Shown in pieces: positions 47,755 to 60,449 of a DNA stretch of 64,000 nt (the first letter of the stretch is position 1; each line of letters opens with the position of its first letter). The notes beneath the pieces are model-generated. The model was not told the origin of the DNA. It saw only the letters and a program-made list of their open reading frames with translations, and did not search any database. Origin of the DNA: Amphiscolops sp. MND2022. Its lineage: Eukaryota. A program made the translations under genes and the position numbers. The DNA lies in assembly GCA_964187785.1 (NCBI GenBank), contig OZ076421.1, positions 27,280,001-27,344,000 on the forward strand. The letters are read 5' to 3'.

Positions 47755-49843
47755 TTTGAAGAAAAGCTTTATCTTGAAGAATTGATTTTTCCAAAGATAA
47801 TTTTCAACAAAGTTAGCTGAGATTAGAGTTTAGCGAAATTGAGAATTCAACTGAATTAAACAATTGCAAAAGACTGAGTCCCCGAGTCAATGAAAACCAT
47901 CCTATATATACCCTCCTAGCATCATTTGATCACGAATAAAATCCTAAATTTCCTCGAACAATTAGTCATTTCCTGTATTTTCGATGAAAAAATCATTTGT
48001 TCCCAATTTTACGTCGATAACTCGTCAATTTTTAAGACACGACAATTTCAATCTAGCATTAGTCATCAACCACGATCATATCATTTCAGCTCGGCGTCCT
48101 TTGCTTTCCTCCCAAGCAGGAAGTAGATTTTACTTCAGTCTGTCAAACCGGAAATGATTCCCTGTTTTACTGCTTTGGTTCGTAGGAAAATGACGCGAAG
48201 ATGACGCTGACGTGAACAACTAATACCTGATTTTGAATTTTTACTTGAAGGAAATGCTATGACTAATGTTTTCAGCTTTGGAATTTCCAATGATGCTAGG
48301 AAAAGTAAAGACAAAGCTATGGAATTAGCTTCAATTTTTGAGTTGAATTCCCAATTCAGATAAATAGTATTTAAACCAAATTAACGTAACACCAACGTTT
48401 ACATTAGAAAACTAGAATGATTTGGCAACAGCTCTTGGCTACTACAAAATTGGCTGAAAAGGTGGACGGAGTTATGACGTGTTAAAATCAAAGGTATTAA
48501 CGAGTATGAATTCCACAATTAAATTCATTCATACTCGAGTTTAAACTTTGACGTCTTAACGTCGTTGGATTGAACTAATAAAAGTGAAACAGTCAGTTGC
48601 CAAAAGTGGTATGAAAATAATCACAATGAGATGTATAAAAACAACAACAAGCACAGTTATATTGGGGGAAAACACGAATATGAATATTACAAAAATATGA
48701 CCTCATTATTAAAATATAATCTTTGCTGGTTCATAGCCCATAACTTTTCAGATACGTCAGATTGACGTCAGGTTACACACAATCATATTTATGGTCTGCT
48801 TCAAACAGCATAAAATGTACATTAATAACATTCCCCTTTTTGGAATAAACAGTGACTTTAATTAGGAAAATATGGAAATCCTAATCGGGTCATTTTACAA
48901 TGTGATTCCAAAAGATTAGTATTTTTATTGACGGGGACAGGACGTAAATTACCAAGTTTTATCCTTAACCTCGTAGAGTTCTAAAACATCTTTAAACGTT
49001 TCTTTTCCGTCGAATCCGACATATTAATATTCATTCCGCTGAACTGGATGGATTAAAGCAACTATTTTGATGGATTTTGGACGTAACGCGGACGTACGTA
49101 TTAAGATTAGCCTTAGTCCGCTGGTATTGGACGTAACGCGGACGTATTTAAAATAAGAATTAGTCCGCGCCTGGAAGACAACACCGTGACGTCACTATGG
49201 CGGAAAATTGGAATGATTTTAAGTAGTACCAGTAATATAGGCGGTAAATTGGAATGGTTCTCTAGTGAGCGCGGACGGAACGGTGACGTCACACTATATA
49301 CTTTCAAGTCTGCTTCTTACCGACGTTTAATATACATGTATTCTTTATTTTGTTTACTTAGCGCAGTGCCTACGTCCTAATCCGCACTAATTGATGTTCA
49401 AAGTGCAATTAAGCTGCCTTTCTTAGAAAAGGAGTGGATATCTCAGTGTGTCATCTCGATGTACTTTCTATTTTAGATTCAGATAATGTCCTTTTTCCAG
49501 TAGTGATTTTGGGTATGTTTTCGTTTAGATCAGTCTATGGTTTTTATTTCAAGACGTATGCTTAATTAAGTTTTCAGGTGGCGAATGTTTCTATTTTGAC
49601 GAGATGAAAACGTCCTGCCGGAAGTGTGTGAAATCATTTTGGCTCATTTTAGTTTCTGTTCTCATTTTCATTTAAACTCTGCGCACGTTAGACGTACTTT
49701 TAGTCACAGTTTATTCTAACATTAGTATGAAAGTTCAAGTCAGTAGCCAAAATACCTTTTCGAAAGTTTCGCTGTACAGCCGTGTCCTCGTCCGAACCCG
49801 ATCCGTCTACATCCACAATCCAGTCCGGGAGCGGACTGTGACA
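47361..49843 (-). mobile_element. Solo LTR C (2483 bp)
   Basis: Termini TGTTACG...TGTGACA with a perfect TSD CTAAT (47356-47360 and 49844-49848). Shares internal blocks with LTRs A and B (e.g. CGTACGTATTAAGATTAG). Confidence 0.92.
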
Positions 49844-50399
49844 CTAATGTATGATGAGTAGTGCAACGCCGCTCTTTGGCATAATGCGGAATTCGCCTGA
49901 AAACAGGAAACGTGCTGAAACGAACAACATTGCGTATCGTAATATACGTAAACATCTCCCTTTGATAGTGCTTGTTATGAGGGAACGAGGATTATGTTCA
50001 TTCGTAATGCGTGTTTGACGGTGCTTGTGACATGACGGAGCTGGTGTTTTTGTTTTCGACGCATTTGACTGGTTGAAATTGATGTCATCCTATATCGATT
50101 GTGATTCTACCATTCTGAAATTAGAATCATTTTCATCTGACGTCAAGTTGTTTTTAGTCTGACAACAGCATGATTCAGCGTTTGACCATGACAGGTTTGC
50201 TATGCCATGGCCCCAGTCTCTGAAACTTTTTTGAACAGGTGCTTTAGTTTTTCGTTTTTGAAAAGGTGCAGATTCGTACCTGCCAGCCCGCCTGTTTTTT
50301 AAATGACTTCTTGTTTTAAATTACATTTTTCACTTTCAAGTTACAAAATCAGAAACACATTGATGCGAGTTTCTCCAAGTGAAAGATTGCAAAGTACTT

Positions 50400-53080
50400 C
50401 AATTTTCGTAGAGAGGAACCAAAAGTGAGCCTAAGTCTGTGTATGAATATGGAAGACACCTTTTTGGAGCTAAAAACTGCCATCATGTGTCAACTATGTT
50501 TTGCATTAAGTCGGAATAAAAAGCAGAGATGACAAAGGAAGGGTCGCAAAGTTGATCAACAGAAAATTGTATATGGACAACTTTGTGGGGTCAGTAGCTC
50601 CAGAGGAAGAAACTGTTGATGTTTACAAAAGCTAGCAAAAGTCCTTAGCAGATGGAGGATTTCAACGAAGTGGGAAACTCTGAAAAAGTAAGGGAAGTTA
50701 CCTCACCTGAAGATAGATCAGTCGCGCAAAGCAAGACATTTGAAGCTGAACCATTGGCATCTTCATTTTAGGGCTTCAATTAAGTGTGAAATCAGATAGT
50801 CTTGATATCTGCCGCACTATGGGAAAAGAAGTACCTGCCAAGGTCACTCAGAGAATCTCAAGTATCCTCTGCGTTTGACCCGTTGGGGTTGTTTTCACCT
50901 TTTACAGTGGCAATGAGAGTTGCTCAAAGGAATTTGGAAAAAGCATGGGCAATCGTGGATGAAAATATATTCCAGTAGGACGAGATAACGTTCAAGGATT
51001 AGTTGAGTCACATGAACAAGATGGCTCTCAACGAAAGTTTTTTTTCGGAAAATGCTGAAGTTGTGGACTTGCATGACTAGAAGCCATGAGCATGATAGCT
51101 TACTTCCGAGATAGGCACACCAGAGAGCCTGCCAATTAAGTTGGAAAATGTTGAAGGGCGCCAACAATCAATAACACAACTAGCGCTACAAACAACTTTG
51201 TATGGGGCACGAGAGAAACGACTCATTGAAAACGAACACGACCTTGCAATTGAACGATCTTTCTTATGGATGAATTCGACAGCTGTTTTGCGTCGGTTGC
51301 ATGGAGTCAACAAGAAACAACCGGAGTTTCTGGCAAGAGTCGCTGGAATCCTGGATAGTTCAACCATTGATCAGTGGAGACAAGTCGCATGAACCTTTAA
51401 TGCGGCCGTTATTGGAACAAGAGGAAAAAGTTCATGAACCAAGAATGAGCGAATAGTTCTCAGGGCCGGCCGACATGGGTTCGAGAGAAAGAAGATTCGT
51501 AGTCAAAAACTTCACCGGAGTTTTTTCAGCAGCGAAGAGAAGACATAGCACAAGTCTTTGAATTCGTATCGGAAGATATGGACATAGATTGAAAAAAAAG
51601 TTCGGTTATTTCAGAAGAATGGCCAGGATCTTCGTCTACTGCCTTCGGTTCCAAGCAAAAGTCAAAGAAAAGTAATGACGGAAGAATTGCTACTTCGGAA
51701 GAGCCAGATTGACAGCTTTGGTCTTGAATATCAGGTAGTGGCCGCATGTAAACCTATGGCAGCATGGAATCACTAACAAACTCTCACCAAATCTGGACGG
51801 TCAGAACCTCATGTGATTAAGAGGACCCTCCGTCATGTTGAAAATTTTGTAGTATGAAAAATCCAATTTTGCTGTCTGCGAAGCATCCAATAGTGGGTAA
51901 ATTGGTTGAGGATGAGCACAAAAAGTACTATCACGAAGGAGCGGTTTTCTGCGAGTTTTCTGCAGCGAAATTATTGAAATAATTGGACCTCGAAGCCCGC
52001 TCTCTTAAGTTAAGTTGAAATGTGTTAAGTTGAGGACAACAGCAGATTAAGGGATTTCAACATTTCATGGCAGACATGTGCAAAGATGGACTGGAAGAAC
52101 GGTTTCATGCGAAAATCATTGAAACACTGGTGTTGTCGATTCACATGATTGACAACAAGACTTGCGCATGTTGAAGTCGTATTCAGTCTGGAAGCCGACG
52201 CATGTTTTCCTGCATTACGACATTCATCGCGCGAAGATAAAAAACCGGGGTTTTTCTAAATAACAAAAGCGCAGGAAGAGAAATTGGAGAGTCGATAGCA
52301 GCTTGGAATCAATCGGACATTGAGCAGTCTGTGGCTCAAAAGAATAAAATATGGACGTTCAACCCTCCAGGTGGATAGCATTTCGGAGGTGTTTCGTAGC
52401 GAGAGGTTAAAAGTTGCGAGAAAGCTATGATGGCAATTGTGAGAAACATAACTTTGACAGTTGATGTATTGTCCACAACAATGTGTTTAGACGAGCAGTT
52501 CTGAATACGAGACCTCTGACTAATGTCAGTGATGATCTTGAAGCTTTGGAAGCTTCGATTCCAAATCACTTTCTGCTATGACGCGCGAGTCCAGCGACTC
52601 CATTCATACCTGACGCTCAACTAGAGACGGATCTGCGAAGAGTATTTAGAGAATCAGAACCATACGTAGAAATGATTTGGAACAGATGAAACAGAGAGTA
52701 TTTACCTCAATGGACTGAGAGACCTAAATGGAACAAAGAAGAAGTTAGACAAATGGAAGTCAAAGATTTGGTTTGGATGGTTGATGCGAATGTTAGAAAA
52801 GCACACTACAAGATGGGAAGAGTGTCGGACGTCTATCATGGAAGCGATAGGCGAGTGAGACCAGTGCTGGTGACAACGAAAAATGAAAAAAAAAAGAAAC
52901 TACCTATTTTGATACTGGCACCCCTGTTCATTGAATGTATTTTTCGCGAGAAAAACAGGACCTGCTTTGATGGCGCCAGTCAATTGCGAGATCAGAAACT
53001 GGAATTTGGATATGACTGTTGAAAATTTAACCCAAACTGTAGAAAACTTTGCAAAGATTTTTGTTGGAAAAGGACAACCT
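50400..53080 (+). mobile_element. BEL/Pao pol remnant (RT, RNase H, integrase, DUF5641-type C-terminus), heavily decayed
   Basis: VYEYGRHLFGAK; LWMNSTAVL...KQPEF.ARVA.IL....DQWR; DLVWMVD...YKMGRV...GSDRRVR. Its tail SQLRDQKL matches the 35.9-kb copy. Confidence 0.9.
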
Positions 53081-54119
53081 TCTCCATGAACAATCCATTG
53101 CAAAAAACGAGCCTCAGTAGTAGGCTATTTCCCGATATACGCCTATAAAAAATGAAAAAATAACATCAAAAAAACCAAAATTATCTAAAATTAACGTTTT
53201 TTTTACCGTAATAAAAAAAATGTTAAAAAATACCATGTTTTCAAGGTAAATCATCTAAAATTAACGTTTTTTTTTCCGTAATAATGTTTTCGCAACTAAA
53301 AAATCAAGAAAATTAAAATCAAGGCACAAATTTTCCAAAGAAACATTTGTTACAAACAAAAATTGAACTAGCCTCCATCGACGTATAATAGAATTATTAC
53401 CACATCGTGATGAAAAAATGAATACTTACTACAAATGCGTTCAAGTAGAAAACACAAGTGTCCAAATTGAAAACTAGTTTTTTTCTTCATTTTTACCCAA
53501 TAAAAAATTACGTATAAAAATTGATGAACACATTTTTCATTATAGATAAATTCACTGATGCGCACAAGTGGACACCACAACTGTTGGAAAAATTACCACC
53601 ATATAAATTTCAAGCAAAATTTCACGCATCAGACGGTCGTCTGGCCTTGAGGTACATTCGGAATGCACCAAAATTTCATTTTTCACTTTTCTCTCTACAG
53701 TCACAGCAAACAGCATGGCCGAAGAAATGAAACTGGCAAAGAGACTTTGATGGAATAGATGTAATATATTTTTGGGGGTGGTAAAATGTATACTCGATTT
53801 TTTCAATAATCAAAAGGTACACACATTTTTTTCTGAGCTATACAATCAACCCATTGATTACCAGGCGTCAAAATGAGTGTGAAAAGTGAGTTTTTCTTTG
53901 GCTATACCCAATCTCCACATGTTCAAGGATAGCACTTACCATCTTACCATGGTAATAGTCGGAGGTTGGCGGTCTTGGTTCCAATCATTAGTTCATACCA
54001 TAAGTAGTCTACCCTGAAAATTTCAAGTTTCTACCTAATACAGCTTTCGAGAAAAGTGATTTTGAAAAAGATTAAAGGGTCAAAAACCACTTGAAAAGCA
54101 CTCAAGTGGTAACTTTTTC

Positions 54120-54500
54120 CATTCAGACTTTCACTCTTAAACATCTAGAGATTACTAATAGGTCAGGAAAAAAGCCATAACTCAACAAATATTTGAGTTA
54201 CAACAAAGTATAATATACCATTGAAAAGGTCTTGATAAGGGCTATCTATCTAGATACAATTTGAAAACCTAGTACAAATGTGTACCATCTGAAACTTCGA
54301 AGAACCTGAAACCCTTAAACATGTAGAGATTATAAAAGTTCAACATATCACAGTGTATGATACATCATTGGATAAGCCATAAAAAAGAAATCGCAGACAT
54401 TCTTAGGTGAAACTATATCACCTGAAACCTGAAACCCCTAAACATGTAGAGATTATAAAAGTTCAAGATATTACCATGTGAGATACATCATTGGAAAGGT
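54120..54500. repeat. ~120-bp degenerate tandem repeat
   Basis: CCTGAAACCCYTAAACATGTAGAGATTATAAAAGTTCAA at ~54305 and ~54428, with a weaker copy at ~54133. Confidence 0.7.
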
Positions 54501-54675
54501 CTTGAGTTTCTGACTACAGATTATAAAAATTTTCTTAAATGAAATATTTATCATTCAAATCTGTGGCAAATTTTAATACCTTAACACCACAAAATTAAAA
54601 TATTTTTCACCAATTTTTTGAAAAATTATAATTGAAAAAGTTTTAATTAAACTTTTTTTTCTTTGATAAATAGAA

Positions 54676-57600
54676 ATGGAATATTGTAACATTTGTGGTT
54701 TATATTATAAAAAAGTTTTTAAATCCTCTCATAATAAATCGGTAAAACATCAAGAAAAATTGGGGCAATATTATTGTAACTCATGTTATTTATATATGAA
54801 TATCTCAGATAAAAGTTCTCATTTGAACTCAGATGAACATAAAAATAAAAATAAAAAAGTATGGTGTGAAGAATGTGGTAAATATAAAACAGATAAAACA
54901 AAGTGAAATTCATTTACAAAACCGTCAACAAAACGGTACAGCTTTGCTGCCTTCCAGTACAGCTTTGCTGCCCTCTGGTAATGGAGTAAATATAATTATG
55001 AGTGAAAATACATCTGGAGTGAATACAAAATAAACTGGAAGTAAATCCAACTGAAAATCTTGAACATAACATAAATGAATTACTTAGTAAAATTATTTTC
55101 CCTGATATAAATATCAATTGAGTTATCTAGCTAATATTTCAAAAATAGTCAATGGAGAAGAAGAAGTATATAAAAGATGGATAAAATCAGATCTATTATA
55201 TAACAATAATACGCAACAAAAAATTCATAACAAATTAATGCAGAAAATAGATGATGAACAATCGAAAGGATCAGGTTTTCAATTTCAAGAAATATAAGAA
55301 GAAGAATAAAATAGAAGAACTTTATATATTAGAAATATATAAAGTTAGAGATATTCAAGCATCTTCATACATTGAGTTACCAGGAAAATATAAGGATAGT
55401 AAATCAATTATAAATATAAAGAATACTGATCAATTTTGTTTTTAATGGTGTATCCTAGCATATTTATATCCTGTTGAGGATAATTAAGATAGAACATCAA
55501 ATAATTTAATGTATGAAAATAATCTTAATATACAAGGTTTAGAATTCCCTATGAAAGTCAAAGACATTCCCAATTTTGAAAGACTTAATAAAATGAATAT
55601 CAGAAGTCATGGTATAAATGTATTTGAACTCACTGGAAATGTTTTAACACCAATTTATATCAACGAAAATTACAAACAACCACAAATAGATTTATTATAA
55701 TATAAAAATCACTATTGTTTAATTACAAAGTTACATTGTTTGATGAATAAAGATTCACCCATGAAACATGTTTGTAGAAGATGTTTTACTGCATTCTATT
55801 CAAACAATGTTCTAAACAACCACATAGAAAGATGTATGTAAATCAACAACCAACTAATATCACATTCAGTTGGAAGAATCAGTTAAAGTTCGAAGACTAT
55901 TATATGAAAGTTCCTGTACCAATAAGAGTATATGCAGATTTTGAATGTATTAATCAACCTCAAAAAGACCCCAAAGTATTATTTAAACAAATTCCAATTG
56001 CAGTAGGTTTTTATCTGATTTCACCATCTGGCAATAATTACAGCTCATACTTTGGATTAGATTGTACAAGTTTGTTTGTGAATGAAATGTTGACTTTAGA
56101 AAAAATTGCATCAAAATATTTAAGAACAAATTTAGAATTAGAATTAACTCCTCAAGAAGAAGAATCATTTCAACTTGCAGAAGAGTGTTGGCTTTGCGAA
56201 CAACCTTTTACTGAAGGTAAATAAAGAGATCATGATCACCTAACAGGAAAATACAGAGGAGCAGCTCATAATATATGTAACATAAATTGTAAACAAAGGT
56301 CATCAAGTTTTGTTCCTATATTTTTCCATAATTTTTCTGGGTATGATTGTCATCTTATATTTGAAGAACTCTTAATACAAGCTTACGAAAAGGGGTATGA
56401 ACCAAAAATAATCCCAACGTCAATGGAAAATTATGTATCAGTTCAAATAGGCTGTTTGAGATTCTTAGATTCATACCGTTTTCTAAGTAGTAGTTTAGAT
56501 AAATTAGTTAAGAGTTTAGACAACTTACCTGTAATGGATGAAAATGGATATATAGACGAAAACTTCAAGAAGAAGTTAGCTTATCATATGAATATTTTAA
56601 CTTGTATAATTTTGATACGCAAAGCGCCTTCGGTAAACCACTTAATCTAACCAAAGAAGATTATCGGTCAACATTAACACAATCTTATCCATCAGATGAT
56701 GATATAAAAAGAACCCAAGAATTGATTGATAAAAATAAAATTAAAAATGGAAGAGAATTAACAATGTTATATTTAAAAATGGATGTTCTTCAATTAGTTG
56801 ATGTATTCGAAAACTTTGTGGAAAGTTCTACACGAGAATAAAAAATTAATCCTTTGTATAGTTACTCTCTACCTGGTTATACATGGAAAGCTGGATAAAA
56901 GTTAACTAATATAAAGTTAGATTTTATAAAAGATACGCACAGCGCCTCCGGTAAAGACCTACTACCACTTCTAGAAAACAATATACGGGGAGGCATCTCA
57001 AGTGTAATGGGAGATCGATTTGTTGAATCAAACGAAAATAAACAAATCTTATACATTGATGCAAATAATTTGTATGGATGGGCAATGAGTCAATACCTTC
57101 CTACAAGTGAATTCGAAAAACTACAACTACCAGAAGAGTATATACTAGAACAAATAGTAGAAGATTTGACTCATTACCCAGACAATACTGAATTTGGCTA
57201 CTTTATAGAATGTGATTTAGAATATCCTGTTGAAATTAAAGAAAAAACAAAAAACTTTCCCTTTTGTCCTTATCAAACAAAAGCAGATCCAGATTCTTTC
57301 TCAGATTATATGAATTCTGTTAAACAACCTAATTACAAACCAACCCCAAAACTTATGTGTGATGTAACCAATAAATCGAAATATATGATACATTATAGGA
57401 TGTTTAAAATTTATCTTAACCAAGGGATGAAAGTAACGAAGATACATACAATCTACCGCTTCAAGCAAAGTCCATGGTTAGCAAAATACATTGATCATAA
57501 TACTCAGAAACGCACCAAAGCAAAAACAAACTTCGAAAAAGACTTGTACAAAATAATGAACAATGCTTTCTTTGGTAAGACATTGGAAAATGTAAGAGAT

Positions 57601-58497
57601 AGAACCAATCTAGAATTCATTGATCATTCTCAAATAGATCAAATAATAAAAAGACAATCCAAGTTAAGTTTCAAAGGAATCATGGATCATTATTCTAAAT
57701 TTAGCGTGTACAAGTTTGATAAAGAAAAAACAGTCTTTGATAAACCAATTTATTTGGGGTTCTCTGTGTTAGAATTAAGTAAACTATTAATGTGTGAATT
57801 TTTTTATCATACTTTAAAACCATATTGGCAAAATAAAGTAAAACTACACTACATGGATACTGATTCTTTCATACTTGGTTTTAATGTAAACAATCGAGAA
57901 CTAATAAACTTTTTACAAGAAAACAAAGATGAATTTGATATCAGTGAATTAGATAAATCTCATGAATTATATGATCCTATTAACAAGAAAGTTATAGGAA
58001 AAAAGAAAATTGAAACAAGTTCAGTTTTGGTGTTAGATACCTTCACAGCATTGCGATCAAAGTCATATTCTTTTAGTTACAATAGATTTCAAAAAACGAA
58101 ACAAAAAAGAATAGAAAAAGCTCCCAAATGTGAAGAATATCAGAATTCATTGTTTAATTCAGAAACATCAAGTTCTACAAATATATCAATTAGATCTAAT
58201 TTACACAACCTTACAGTTGAAAAACAACCTAAGTTGTGTTTGAATCCTTTTGACGATAAACGTTTGTATATAAATCCAATACAAAGTTTACCAGGGGATA
58301 AACACACCCAGAAAGGTGATTGTCCTTGTATATATTGTTTGAAATTATTTGGTTTGTATTATAAAGATTTAACTATAAATGATGATGGTAGCAAGAAAAC
58401 AGATGAAGAATATTATTTGAATATTTGGTACCAAAAAGAAAATCTAACCCATCAACAACTTGTGAAATTGATAAGTGATCGAGCACATGTTTTTTAA
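54676..58497 (+). pseudogene. Protein-primed B-family DNA polymerase with N-terminal C2H2 fingers and an endonuclease VII-like module; frameshifted
   Basis: CNIC...H / CNSC...H / CEEC; VYADFE; CWLC...RDHDHLTGKYRGAAHNICN; HNFSGYD; YIDANNLYGWAM; KIMNNAFFGKT; YMDTDS. The last 496 aa (57007-58497) are open. Confidence 0.95.
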
Positions 58498-58670
58498 TTA
58501 TATTTATTTTATAAAAATAAAAATACTATTTTATAAATTTATTTATTATATTTTTTAAATGAGGAATCTCTGATAATATTAAATTATAAATTTATTTAAT
58601 AAAATCAATTTTATATAATAAAATCAATTTGATATATTGAAATCAATTTTATTTTATATATTATATTTAT

Positions 58671-59867
58671 TTATAATAAATGAAAATGCCTTTGTCCATC
58701 ACTACTGATACTTATCAGTTTAGGTGTTAGGACTAGGGCATAAGCTATATAATCTGCTACACCAAAAACAGCATTAAATTTAAATTCTAATCTGATTGGT
58801 TGAGAAGCAATATTATCTTTTTGTTTGGATAAATCAAGTACATAGAAATTATAATTTGTTCTGAATTTGTGCAAATCAATAAACGGATTGAGTAGATTGG
58901 TTTCACTTTTTAACAAATAGAAGTTTTCAATTTCACTGTATGCTTGATCATATTTGTCTCTATCATAATCACATTCTATTCCATCATCGGGATATTTTTC
59001 TGATCCTATTTTACAAACTGCATTTGAAATTGGTATCCAATCAAATGTTGCATTATTGTGTGTTTGTGAATCAATTTTATTTCTAGCTTGACAGCCAACA
59101 ACAACGTATGTTGGTGTGGATTCGCCACTGTTGCCTAATTCAAATGTCCAATTGTTATTGGTGTTAACATCTTTTCTAAAAACAGTTCTTTCGGTATAAA
59201 ATATTTCAGTTGGGTCTTTGTCTAATATTTGATCCATCACGAGTTGTTGGTTTTCCATTGATGGTGTCCAGTGTGGAATATACCAGGAGATGTCTTTTAT
59301 ATCTATTTTTGCAGCATCTACACCATTGTCCCTGATGATAGGGTCGTTAATATTATTACGTTTTAATGTGAGACTGTAACCCAATCCATAAGTTATTTTT
59401 TCTTGATCAGCAAATCCAAACAAGTCTTTTAGTTTTATTCTAACAAAAAATGTTCCTTTTTCTGTTTTGTTTGTTGTTAGTTCTTGTCTTCTAGTTGCTT
59501 GTGATTCTTCAAATCCATACATTAATTGACTTGTTTGTTGATTAGATGTTACAAGTTTTTACATCAATGAAATTGGGTGTAGATAATCAACTTTTTCTAA
59601 ATGTTTACCTGAACTAGTAGTTAACTTAGCTTCACTAAATAAAGCAACAGTTCCAAATTTAACTAAGCTTATTTGATCACCATCAGCATATCTTGTATTA
59701 TCGTTTTTAAGAACTTCAAATTCTAGATTAATAAAAGAATTTTGTGAACATATATATGCATCTCCTCTTGGGAAGATGATGGAAATATTTGAATTGTTGT
59801 TGTTGATTGTAGCTAAACTACTAGGAGAGTATTTAATAAAATCAATTTTATGAATAGGTTCATCCAT
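58671..59867 (-). pseudogene. Polinton major capsid protein (double jelly-roll type), 399 codons with one in-frame TAA at 59559-59561
   Basis: MDEPIHKIDFIKYSP...FSEAKLTTSSGKHLE...LM*KLVTS...LKDLFGFA...GLGYSLTLKR...YPDD...FYVLDL...IRLEF. The two track ORFs are in frame, 36 nt apart. Confidence 0.85.
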
Positions 59868-60449
59868 AGTGTGATAATCCTCTTGTTCCGATTCCGAATT
59901 CGTTTCATCGTCCGAGTGCATAGTTACATCTACATCTGTCTCTGTTTGAAATAAGGGCTTTGCAGGATGTTTTAGATCCTTCATTTTAGATGCCTTAAGA
60001 GGAAAATCTTCGTCTTCAGTTTCTGAATTTTCATTGTTAGATGCGTGTACTCCTCTAGACTTGTTTCCTTTGGATCCCGTAGGTTGTGTGTTTTGTATCT
60101 CATCATTTTCAGACCTCGGATTTGTTACTATTGATACGCTTTTATTTGACTTTATTTCTCTGAGGATGGTTTCGAGTTTGTTATCCATTTCTTCCCTCAT
60201 TTTCTCTATTCTATCGTTATTCTTTTGTTCAAATATTTGCGTCCAGGCTTGAATTTCAGTGCTGATTTGGCTGGGTTCGGTCAATTGTTCTCCTATGTTG
60301 TATTCACCTAAATTTTCTTGAACAACTGTATCAGGATTAGTTAAAGTTATTTTACCTGTATTTGGCGTTTCTACTTGAGTCCTTTCTACACTTCTCTCTG
60401 GGGAAAGAGTTCCTAGTCTTCTTGATCGCCTATTCCGTCTATTCCCCAT
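59559..60449 (-). CDS. Chimeric ORF: 193 LTR-encoded codons (MGNRRNRRSRR...EQEDYH) + T + first 102 aa of MCP
   Basis: Continuous 296-aa ORF crossing the LTR end at 59870 without a frameshift. Confidence 0.7.
   Translation of the reverse strand: MGNRRNRRSRRLGTLSPERSVERTQVETPNTGKITLTNPDTVVQENLGEYNIGEQLTEPSQISTEIQAWTQIFEQKNNDRIEKMREEMDNKLETILREIKSNKSVSIVTNPRSENDEIQNTQPTGSKGNKSRGVHASNNENSETEDEDFPLKASKMKDLKHPAKPLFQTETDVDVTMHSDDETNSESEQEDYHTMDEPIHKIDFIKYSPSSLATINNNNSNISIIFPRGDAYICSQNSFINLEFEVLKNDNTRYADGDQISLVKFGTVALFSEAKLTTSSGKHLEKVDYLHPISLM

Noticed and set aside
49740-49906. Apparent paralogous last exons G[IF]GRGHGC..K.S..YF* at 6700-6752 (+) and 49740-49800 (-), resembling a Kunitz or GON C-terminus
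   Set aside because: Both lie in the first ~100 bp of solo LTRs (LTR C starts at 49843 with its TSD). LTR B has the same nucleotide block without the Cys. The similarity is LTR homology, not a host gene.
49960-50230. GON-like snippets (WSNAESCC; NGRITIDIG)
   Set aside because: Short, stop-containing, in different frames; likely chance.
54500-54676. Polinton left terminal inverted repeat
   Set aside because: No AG/AGT-repeat terminus seen, and the right end is outside the window.
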